64,000 nucleotides of DNA from an uncultured Planctomycetaceae bacterium (GTDB lineage Bacteria; Planctomycetota; Planctomycetia; Pirellulales; PALSA-1355): assembly GCA_963785305.1 (NCBI GenBank), contig CAWAUV010000007.1:576001-640000 (forward strand), in the 5' to 3' direction. Each line of letters opens with the position of its first letter. Positions within the stretch are counted from its first letter, which is position 1. This document shows positions 55,482-64,000 of the stretch, piece after piece. Made by a program: the position numbers and the translations under genes. The notes beneath the pieces are model-generated. The model was not told the DNA's origin, did no database searches, and saw only the letters and a list, made by a program, of their open reading frames with translations.

Positions 55482-57198
55482 GGGACCAGTTCAGCTTTTG
55501 CGGGTTGGGGGGTGGATGTGGAAACGTCAATAGGAGAATTCGGGGTTTGTGTGGTAAGCTGGGCGAGGTGGATTTGATCGGTGAACGAAACTTGCTTAAG
55601 GAGCGCTAGGCATGGACGCCGCGATGCAGGCCCGCGAGGCCAGGAGGAAGGAACTTTTGCGGGAACTGGCCGAACTGGGAATCGAGGAGATGGTCGAGCA
55701 GGGGGCGTTCCTCGGCACGCCGCACTATAGCGTCATCGAGCGGTATGCTATCACGCTCGGCCGCGAGTTGAGCCGTGAAGCCCAAGAGCGAGCGATGCGT
55801 GAAGTCGCCGCGAGCTGCCCGACGGAAGCGAACTGCCCCACCTGCGGAGCGTCGTGCCGCGTGCAAACCGCAACGAGGCCGGTCACCAGCCTGGATGGCC
55901 GGGTCGAGGTGACCGAGACGACCGCTTACTGCGACCGCTGCCGGCGGTCTTTTTTTCCCTCAGCGGTTGACGTTGGGACTCGATAGCCGCGAGGTCACGC
56001 CCGAGTTGACGCGAGCCGTGGTCTGCCTAGCCGCGGAAGTCCGTTCGTTCAAGCGCGCGGAAGTGATCACCGAGCAAGTGCTGGGACACAAAGTTCCCTG
56101 CAGCACGATTCGGCGTTTGGTGAAACAGGTGGGCCAGGAACTGGCCGACGGGAAGGCACTGCCGGCGCCCAGCGACAATAAAAAAGTCGTCAAGGAAGTC
56201 GTCGTGCCGGAAGCGGCGGTGGTCTCTTGCGACGGCGGCCGCATTCGCACGCGCGAGCCGGGCCGGGGACGCGGCGTCGTGCCGTCGGGCGAGAAAGGCT
56301 GGCGCGAAACGAAGAACGCTTCGTTCGAGCGAATGTCTCTCAACCCGCGGCATGTCGCGGACGAAGACGCTTGCCCCGAGTTGCCGACTTCCTTTCGCAT
56401 CGCGAAAAAAGTGGCGAATATCGCGGAAAAAGCGGTTCCCCGCCTCGATTCGCCCGGCGAAGAATCCGCCGCCGAGAAACCCCGCCGCGTGAAGTACGAA
56501 GGCCCGCGGCGCGTGCTGCGCACGGCGCTGAGCAGTATGTCCTGCTCGGAGGATTTCGGCCCGCTGATGCGGCGCGAAGCCCAGCGGCGCCGGTTCTACG
56601 ATTCCCCTTTACGGGTCTTCCTCGGTGATGGCCTGAACTGGAACTGGTCGATCTGGAAAAAACATTTTCCGACGTTCACGCCCGTCCTCGACTTCATTCA
56701 TGCGATTCAATACGTTTACCGCGCGGCGCTGGCGCTGGCCGCCAACGATGCGGAGGGTTGGTCGCTCTATCTAAAGTTCGTCACCTGGTGCTGGCAAGGC
56801 CAGGTCGATCACGTGATCGACGAGATCAAGCAAGCCTGCCTCGCGCGGGGCATCGACTGGGAAGATACGAAACCCAGTGACGCGGAGAAACCGCTCGTCG
56901 ACGCCGTGCGGTACTTGACGAACAATCGCCAGCGGATGGACTATCCCAGCTATCGCCGCCTGGGCCTGCCGGTCACCAGCGCACCGATGGAGTCGCTGAT
57001 CAAACAGATGAACCTGCGCGTGAAAGGGACCGAAATGTTCTGGGACGATCCCGACGGAGCGGAAGCGATCTTGCAGCTCCGCGCCGCCGCCCTCAGCGAC
57101 GACGGCCGGCTCAAGGACTACCTCTCGCAACGCCCCGGCCACCCCTTCCACCGCCGCTCCACCCCCCTCGCCACCGCCGCATAAGCTGAACTGGTCCC
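55482..57198 (+). mobile_element. ISKra4/ISLre2-like (prokaryotic Mutator-type) insertion sequence
   Basis: 16-bp perfect IRs GGGACCAGTTCAGCTT / AAGCTGAACTGGTCCC enclosing a two-ORF transposase. Confidence 0.85.
55612..57184 (+). CDS. Transposase in two overlapping ORFs joined at TTTTTTTCCC (~55950-55959)
   Basis: CPTC..CDRCRRSFFP, CDGG, GWRETK, LGDG..WNW, LDFIHA, YLTNNRQRMDY, SAPMESLIK. Confidence 0.85.
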
Positions 57199-57386
57199 TT
57201 AGTCGCTTGGCCACGCCTGGCCACGCGTCTCGGTGTGCGGGAAACAGCGGGAGATTGCCGCAAGCAAGAACGAGTCGGGCCGGCAAGATGGCTATTGAAC
57301 GCTAACGCGCCCGAGACAAAAAAATGTTCCGGCCGATCTCTTGCTCGCCTGCGCCGCGCATCCTCGGACGTGGGCCTTCAACGTCG

Positions 57387-59396
57387 TCACGGCGCGTCTT
57401 CTTCCCACACGCTGCGATACGCGCCGATCGATTCTACGTATTCCAGCAGGCGGCCGTAAAATGGGTCGTGGGCCAGCGTGGCGCTGTCGCCGATCACGAT
57501 CAATTTCCGCCGCGCCCGGGTCAGCGCCACGTTCATCCGTCGGGTGTCGGAGAGGAAACCGATTTCGCCCTCGGGGTTGCTGCGGACCATCGTCACGATC
57601 ACGGCTTCTTTTTCGCGACCTTGAAAGCCATCGACCGAATCGATCTCAACCGCCGCGTCGCGCAAGAGCTCGCCGAGCAGCCGCACTTGGGCGGCATAGG
57701 GCGCGATCACCGCGATCGCATCCGCCGCCACGCCGGCCGCCATGAGCTGGCCAACATAGCGCGCCACGAGCCGCGCTTCGCCCGGGTTCAGCCGGCTCTC
57801 GCCGTCGGGCTCAAGCTGCTCGTCGAGTCCGGCGCCGGCCGTGTCGAGCCATTCGACGGGCATTTGCGTGAGCCGGTTCGATTCCACTCCGACGAGGTCA
57901 TCGAGCCGGCGCCCGGCAACGCTGTCATGCGCCACGAGCGCGCTCTCATAGAACTCGCGGCTCGAAAAATCCATGATTTCGCGGTGCATGCGATATTGCA
58001 CCGAAAGGCGCGTCGCCAGCGGTCGCTCGGCGGCGGCAGCCGGGATGGAAGTGGCGAGGGCGAGAGTCGCGGCGGGCGTGGCCGCGAGGCGTTCGAGCAT
58101 GCTGATCGAAAAACCCTGGGCCGCCGCCTCGGGCGAGATCACGGTCGGCGGCAGTTGAAAGTGATCGCCCGCCAGCACCAAGCGGCCGGCGCGCACCAGC
58201 GGTATCCACATCGGCGGCTCGGTGCTTTGCCCCGCTTCGTCGATCACGACCAGATCGAAGGCGCGTCCGCCGAGCAGTCGATCGTCGAGGCCGGTGGTCG
58301 TGGCGCACACGACGCTCGCGGAATCCAGGATATGCTCGATCGTTTGCTGCTCGATGCGGCGTGCATCGGCAAAAAGCTCCCGCGCTTCGGCCCGTAACGA
58401 GCCTTTCGCGCCGCGCTCGGGCTTGGCCCGGGTGAAACGGGCCGCGCGCCGCTGGAGCTCGATCGCGTCTTTCACTAGTTGTCGCGCAATGCGCAGATCG
58501 TCGTGGGCTTCGACCATCAAGTCGAGCGTGTGCTCGCGCATTGCCTCGGCGACGCGCGCCGGGTGGCCCAGCCGCACCGCGTCGACGCCCGCCGCCACGA
58601 GCCGCTCCAAGATATTGTCGACCGCCACATGGCTCGGCGCCGAAGCGAGCACGCGTTCACCCCGGGCCACTGCCTGGCGAATCACCTCGGCCACGCTGGT
58701 GGTCTTGCCGGTTCCTGGCGGGCCATGGATCACGGCCACATCAAGCGATTCGAGCGCGGCCCGCACCGCCACTTGCTGCGAAGCGTCGAGCGAGCCGTCG
58801 AACCAGCAAATCTCGCCGCCGGCCTTCCCGGGCGCCAGCCAGCGTGGCGGCCGCTCGCCGAGAAGCACCGCGCAGCTCGGCCAAGCGTCCGCGAGGGGCG
58901 GCGAGGGCGGTTTGCATTGCCTCGCGCAAGCGCAGCCGCGCGACTTCATCTTGCGCTGATCGATCCGCCAGGACGCTTGATCGTCGAAGTCGTCGGGCAG
59001 GCGATCCACGGCCACGACGATCTCGCGCTTGCGGCGCGAGGCCACCACACCGCGAAAACTCGTCTCGCCGCCCGCGCGGCCCCCGTCGCGCTGGCCGCTC
59101 TTGGGCTGCTCCGAGAGCAGCACCGGGGCGCCCACTCCGATGCGCGTCCACGGCAACTCGCGGGTGCGATCGCGTTTGACGAGCGTCACCAGCAGTCGCC
59201 CGCCCAGCCCGGCCGAGATATCGATCACGGCCAAGTCCACGAGCGCCGCGCCGGCTTTTTCGGCCGCGGCCGGCGAGAGCCGATCGCGCAGCTCGCGGGC
59301 GCGTTCGAGCTCCGCTTCGGCCTCGAGGTCCATCAGGCGGCCAAGTCGCTCGAAATAGGCTTCGGCGGCGCGGGTAGGAAGGGTTGATGGTCGCAC
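57387..59396 (-). CDS. Superfamily 1 (Upf1/IGHMBP2-like) helicase
   Basis: HGPPGTGKT, IDEAGQ, LAGDHFQLPP, QYRMH, VDGFQGREKE, RRMNVALTRAR; a short compensated frameshift appears near 58870-58955. Confidence 0.92.
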   Translation of the reverse strand: MRPSTLPTRAAEAYFERLGRLMDLEAEAELERARELRDRLSPAAAEKAGAALVDLAVIDISAGLGGRLLVTLVKRDRTRELPWTRIGVGAPVLLSEQPKSGQRDGGRAGGETSFRGVVASRRKREIVVAVDRLPDDFDDQASWRIDQRKMKSRGCACARQCKPPSPPLADAWPSCAVLLGERPPRWLAPGKAGGEICWFDGSLDASQQVAVRAALESLDVAVIHGPPGTGKTTSVAEVIRQAVARGERVLASAPSHVAVDNILERLVAAGVDAVRLGHPARVAEAMREHTLDLMVEAHDDLRIARQLVKDAIELQRRAARFTRAKPERGAKGSLRAEARELFADARRIEQQTIEHILDSASVVCATTTGLDDRLLGGRAFDLVVIDEAGQSTEPPMWIPLVRAGRLVLAGDHFQLPPTVISPEAAAQGFSISMLERLAATPAATLALATSIPAAAAERPLATRLSVQYRMHREIMDFSSREFYESALVAHDSVAGRRLDDLVGVESNRLTQMPVEWLDTAGAGLDEQLEPDGESRLNPGEARLVARYVGQLMAAGVAADAIAVIAPYAAQVRLLGELLRDAAVEIDSVDGFQGREKEAVIVTMVRSNPEGEIGFLSDTRRMNVALTRARRKLIVIGDSATLAHDPFYGRLLEYVESIGAYRSVWEEDAP

Positions 59397-59432
59397 GTCG
59401 TCGGGGCTCCGTTTCTCGCTGCCATGCGCGGT

Positions 59433-60698
59433 TCAGCGCACGTAGTTCGACCAGAGGTTTTTGGCCAAGGCGAGCGCGGCTTCGAGGGTGGCGATGCGTT
59501 GCTCGAGCTGCGCATCGCGCACGGTGTCGAGCAGATGTTGAAAATGTTTGCCGCCGGGAATGCCTGCCCGCAAGAGATCGTTGCCTGTCACGAGCGGCGC
59601 CGGATTCCAAATCTCTTGCGGTTGGCCAAGCACGCCGCGGCAGAATTCGATATCGGCTTCATCGGCCTTTTCGGTCGCCAAGGCAAGCGCCACTAGTTCG
59701 GCGGCGCCGGCCTGGGCGAGCACGCGTTGTAGCGGCGGCCACGGTTGTCGCTGGGCATCGGCGAGCCGAACGCGATGTTCGAGCAGCCACGCCACGCGAT
59801 CCGTGTCGCGATTCGGAAGCTTCAGCCGCCGGCAGAGCTCGCGAGCAGCCGCGCTCGAAATGTCATCGCCCAGGAGCGCCGCGAACATAGTCGGAAACTC
59901 GGCGCCGGCGAGCTTCGTGAACGCATCGAGCGCGCGGGCCACGGCGCGGCGCTCGGCCTGGCCGCCAGCTTCGCCCCAAGTCTCGCGAAGCTCTGGTAGC
60001 ACCGCCGCGAGCAGCCCGGTTTCGTGAAGCATGCGCAAGGCGACTCCCGGCCGCGGTCCGATGAACATCGTGCGCAGCTCGGCCGCGATGCGTTCGACGC
60101 TGACCAGCATGATCTCGGGCGCCATGGCGATCATCGCCCGCCGCGATCGCTCGTCGAGATGAAAATCGAACCGCGCGGCGAAGCGCACTGCGCGGAGCAG
60201 CCGCAGCTTGTCCTCGGCGAAGCGTTCCTCGGGCTCGCCAATGGCGCGAATCAGCTTGCCTTCGAGATCGGCGGCGCCCTCGACGAAATCGAGCACGCGA
60301 TCCGTCACGGGATCGAAGAACAGGCCATTGATCGTGAAGTCGCGGCGTCGGGCGTCTTCCTCGGCGGTGCTGAATTCCACGGCGTCGGGCCGGCGGCCAT
60401 CGGTGTAACCGAGATCGCGGCGAAAAGTGGCCACTTCGATCTGTCCGGCCGGCTTCGGACCGAGCACCGTAATCACTCCAAACGCGGCTCCGATCGCCAA
60501 CGTGCGGCGGTGGCCGAAGAGGGCGCGAATCTCGTCGGGGCGCGCCGCGGTGGCGATATCGTAGTCCTTGGGCTTGAGGCCCAGGAGTCGGTCGCGCACG
60601 CACCCGCCCGCCCAATAGGCTTCGTGCCCGGCGCGGCGCAGACGCTCGACGACCTCGACCGCAAAACCGCGTTGCGCTTCTGGATCGACCTGGGTCAC
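59433..60698 (-). CDS. cca: CCA-adding tRNA nucleotidyltransferase / poly(A) polymerase family
   Basis: AGGCVRD, KDYDIAT, EVATFR, RRDFTING, EDKLRLLRAVRF. Confidence 0.88.
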   Translation of the reverse strand: MTQVDPEAQRGFAVEVVERLRRAGHEAYWAGGCVRDRLLGLKPKDYDIATAARPDEIRALFGHRRTLAIGAAFGVITVLGPKPAGQIEVATFRRDLGYTDGRRPDAVEFSTAEEDARRRDFTINGLFFDPVTDRVLDFVEGAADLEGKLIRAIGEPEERFAEDKLRLLRAVRFAARFDFHLDERSRRAMIAMAPEIMLVSVERIAAELRTMFIGPRPGVALRMLHETGLLAAVLPELRETWGEAGGQAERRAVARALDAFTKLAGAEFPTMFAALLGDDISSAAARELCRRLKLPNRDTDRVAWLLEHRVRLADAQRQPWPPLQRVLAQAGAAELVALALATEKADEADIEFCRGVLGQPQEIWNPAPLVTGNDLLRAGIPGGKHFQHLLDTVRDAQLEQRIATLEAALALAKNLWSNYVR

Positions 60699-60856
60699 GG
60701 CACTGCTCGCTCCGGAAAAAAAGGGGGGGGCGCCCTTCAGATTATAGCCCGGGCGGCTGGAAGTGCGATTGACCCGCTTTCGCGCGTCTCGATACACTCC
60801 CGCCCCCGCGCGGGAATGCCTCGCCGGGATCACGCATTCATTAGGAGAGTTCGACC

Positions 60857-61117
60857 ATGCGAATGTTCGCAATGCTCGCGATTTTGGTGGTGGCGGTGCT
60901 GTTCGTGGCGGGCGCCATTCATATTCAACAAGGCTCGAACAACACGGTCGAGATTACGGTCGACAAGCAGCGCGCCGAACAGACCGCCGAAACCTTGGTG
61001 CAAGAAGGCGAGCAAGCGCTCGGCCAAGCCGAACGCGCCGCCCAGGCCACGCAGGGTGGACAGCGCAACGCGAACAACAACTCGGCCCAACCCGGCGGCG
61101 GATTCTTCAGCCGCTAA
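60857..61117 (+). CDS. Small exported hypothetical protein
   Basis: AGGAG RBS, hydrophobic N-terminus, VEITVDK motif. Confidence 0.65.
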   Translation: MRMFAMLAILVVAVLFVAGAIHIQQGSNNTVEITVDKQRAEQTAETLVQEGEQALGQAERAAQATQGGQRNANNNSAQPGGGFFSR

Positions 61118-61120
61118 ACA

Positions 61121-61149
61121 AACAGCCTGTTGAAATATTCAACCGGCCG
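61121..61149. repeat. AT-loop palindrome (family C), second copy
   Basis: AACAGCCTGTTGAAATATTCAACCGGCCG, 3 bp after a TAA stop. Confidence 0.6.
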
Positions 61150-61258
61150 CGAAACAACGTTTCGCGCCGGTGGAAAAAAAGCTTCGACGGCGCCCACGAC
61201 CCCATCGCTCGGTCCGATGGGCTTCGTGGAGCCAGCGGCGGCGCGTATATTGTACGAG

Positions 61259-63050
61259 ATGACCAATTCCCAAATTGCCGACGCGCTCGACGAAGTGGCC
61301 GACCTGCTCGAGTTCAAGGGCGAAAACCCCTTTCGGGTGCGCGCTTATCGCAATGCCGCGCGCGTGGCCCGCGACCATGGTGAATCGCTGGCCACGGTCG
61401 CCCGCGATCCCGAGCGGCGGCTGACCGATATTCGCGGCATCGGCAAGGACTTGGCCGAAAAAATCACGCAGTTCATCGACTCCGGCCAAATGCCGCTGCT
61501 CGAAGAGCTGCGGTTGGAAATTCCGGCCAGTGTCTTTCTCTTGCTTCGTATTCCGGGGCTGGGGCCGAAGAAGGCCGCGGCGCTCCATAAGGAACTTGGC
61601 GTTCACACACTCGACGAGCTGCGCGAAGCGTGTCAGGCCCATCGTGTGCGCGATCTTAAAGGTTTTGGGGCCAAGACCGAGGAAACGATTCTCGCCGGCA
61701 TGGATCTGGCCGCCACCGCCCAAGAGCGGATTTACTGGTCCGAGGCCGACCGGCGCGTGCGGACGCTCGTCGCGTATCTTGAAGCTTGTCCGGCAGTGCG
61801 ACGTGTCGTGGCGGCCGGCAGCTATCGCCGCGGGCGCGAAACGATCGGCGACCTCGACCTGCTCGCCGAATCGAGCGAACCCATCGTCGTGATGGAGCAT
61901 TTCGAGCGGTTTCCCGAAATCGAAGCGATGCTCGGCGCGGCGACACCAAGCTCAGCGCCCGGCTGGTTGGCGGATTACAAGTCGATTTGCGGGTGGTTGC
62001 GGCCGAATCGTTTGGCGCCGCGCTGGTCTATTTCACGGGGTCGAAAGATCACAATGTCGTGTTGCGCGGACTGGCCAAGTCGCGCGGACTGCGGCTCAAC
62101 GAATATGGACTGTTTCGCGACCCGGCGAGCGACGTGGCCTCGAGTGATGTGGCCTTGAAACGGCCGACCGACGCCAGCGGCCTCGAGCGCGTGGCCGGCG
62201 GTTCGGAAGAAGAAGTGTACGCCGCGCTCGGGCTGCCGTGGTTCGCTCCCGAGCTGCGTGAAGCGCGGCGCGAATTCGAGTGGGCCGCCGCCAGCCGGTT
62301 GCCGCGGCTGGTCGAACTCTCGGACCTCGTGGGCGATCTTCATATGCACACCACCGAGAGCGATGGCAAAGCCTCGCTCGAAGCCATGGCCGCCGCCGCC
62401 CAAGAGCTCGGGTTGCGATATATCGCCATCACCGATCATTCGCCGCGCGTGGCAATGGCCAATGGCCTTGGACCCGAACGCCTGCGCCGCCAATGGGCCG
62501 AGATCGATCGGCTCAACGAGCGACTCAAGTCGCGCGCCGCGGACTTCTTGGTGCTCAAGGGAGTCGAGGTCGATGTCCTCGAAAGCGGCGCCCTCGACTT
62601 GCCCGACGATGTGTTGGCCGAAGCCGATTGGGTGGTGGCCAGCGTACACTATGGGCAACGGCAGCCTCGCGAACAGATCACGGCCCGCATCGTCGGCGCG
62701 CTGGCCAATCCGCATGTGGCGGCGATCGCGCACCCGACCGGGCGTTTGATTAATCGGCGGAAACCGTATGAAGTCGATCTGGAAGCCATGTTTGCGCGGC
62801 CCGAGAACATGGCAAGCTACTGGAGCTGAATTCGAACCCGGCCCGGCTCGATCTCGACGATGTTGCCTGCCAAGCGGCGAAGTCGCACGGGGTGCGGATC
62901 GTGATCTCGTCCGATGCGCACGGCGTCGACGGCCTGGCGGTGACGCGCTACGGCATCTTGCAAGCCCGCCGCGCGGGCCTAACGAAAGACGACGTGGCGA
63001 ACACGCGCCCCTGGGCCGAACTGCGGGCGTCGCTCGGCCGGGGGAGATGA
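61259..63050 (+). CDS. polX: DNA polymerase X with PHP exonuclease domain (frameshifts near 61935 and 62795)
   Basis: GENPFRVRAY, IPGLGPKK, AGSYRR.RETIGDLD, QVDLR, YFTGSKDHN, DLHMHT, ITDHS, AHPTGR, SSDAH. Confidence 0.93.
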
Positions 63051-63160
63051 TCGATCCTCGCAAAACGTGAATGGCGCCACGAGCTCGCGGGCTGGTAGGA
63101 TGCCGTCATTCGCCGGACGGAAGAATTTCAAATGTGCATCCACGATTTTCGAGGCGTGCT

Positions 63161-64000
63161 ATGAGTGGGAGCGCCGCCGCCGTGGCCGCATCGTCGGCGC
63201 GGCCGGTTATTAATCCTTGGTTCGTGGCCGCGGCGGTCGTGTTGCCTACCTTCATGGAAGTGCTCGACACGACCATCGCCAATGTCGCCCTTCGCTATAT
63301 CGCCGGCGGACTTTCGGCCTCGGAGGTCGACGCCGAATGGGTCATTACCAGCTATCTCGCCGCCAACGCCACGATCCTGCCGATCTCGGGCTGGCTTGGC
63401 GCGAGGCTGGGGCGCCGCAATTACTTCCTGCTTTCGATCGCCGTTTTCACGCTCGCCTCGGCCTTGTGCGCGATGGCCACGAGCCTGACCCAGATCATTT
63501 TGTTTCGCGTGCTCCAGGGGCTCGCCGGCGGCGGGCTTCAGCCGTCGAGCCAGGGTGTGCTACTGGACCAGTTCCCGCCCGAAAAACAGGGCGCTGCGAT
63601 GACTGTCTTCGGGCTCGCGGCCTTGGTGGCGCCCGTGGTCGGGCCCACGCTGGGCGGTTACCTGACGGACAATTACGATTGGCGCTGGATCTTCTATATC
63701 AATGTGCCGATCGGCAGCGCCGCGTTCTTTTCGTGTTACTACTTGCTCGAAGACCCGGCGTATCTCAAACAGGAGCGAGCCGAGCTTCTAAAGCGGCCGC
63801 TGAATTTCGACTCGATCGGTCTCGGCCTGCTGGCGATTGCGATTTGCTGCTGGGAAGTACTGCTCAGCAAGGGCCAGCAGTGGGATTGGTTTGGCGACCC
63901 CACCTGGCGCGTGCAGACGCTCGCCGGCTTGCTTGTGTTTTCGGTCGGCTTGCTTCTGTTTCGCGAGTTGCGCATCGCCGATCCGGTCATTAACTTTCGC
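63161..64000 (+). CDS. DHA2 family (EmrB/QacA) MFS efflux transporter, runs off the right edge
   Basis: Manual translation: PTFMEVLDTTIANVAL, WVITSYL, LGRRNYF, FRVLQGLAGG, APVVGPTLGG, WRWIFYINVPIG. Confidence 0.92.
   Translation, partial: MSGSAAAVAASSARPVINPWFVAAAVVLPTFMEVLDTTIANVALRYIAGGLSASEVDAEWVITSYLAANATILPISGWLGARLGRRNYFLLSIAVFTLASALCAMATSLTQIILFRVLQGLAGGGLQPSSQGVLLDQFPPEKQGAAMTVFGLAALVAPVVGPTLGGYLTDNYDWRWIFYINVPIGSAAFFSCYYLLEDPAYLKQERAELLKRPLNFDSIGLGLLAIAICCWEVLLSKGQQWDWFGDPTWRVQTLAGLLVFSVGLLLFRELRIADPVINFR

Overview
GC-rich bacterial chromosomal segment, very probably Planctomycetota (inferred from the DUF1501/DUF1549-DUF1553/cytochrome c-WD40 operon and planctomycete-type REP palindromes). 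Left to right: partial DUF11 protein; tRNA-Gly; tig-clpP-clpP; a lipoprotein; murJ-glnB-trpD; an in-frame Vsr endonuclease::C5-cytosine methyltransferase fusion converging on an orphan ParA-like ATPase; a ~15.6 kb surface-glycan cluster; a 38-copy tandem array of a 39-bp REP-like palindrome led by one inverted copy; purN and type-2 ileS; the planctomycete four-gene module; a class-III aminotransferase; a nested IS630 / IS1202-like / IS701-like pile-up; tRNA-Gln followed by gene debris; an OprO/P porin; an ISKra4/ISLre2-like IS; an SF1 helicase; CCA-adding enzyme; PolX; and a partial DHA2 MFS transporter. Many ordinary genes carry 1-2 bp frameshifts that look like long-read assembly indels. Best leads: the REP tandem array and its dispersed relatives, and the Vsr-MTase fusion/ParA cassette. 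All calls are by eye from motifs; no database searches were run.
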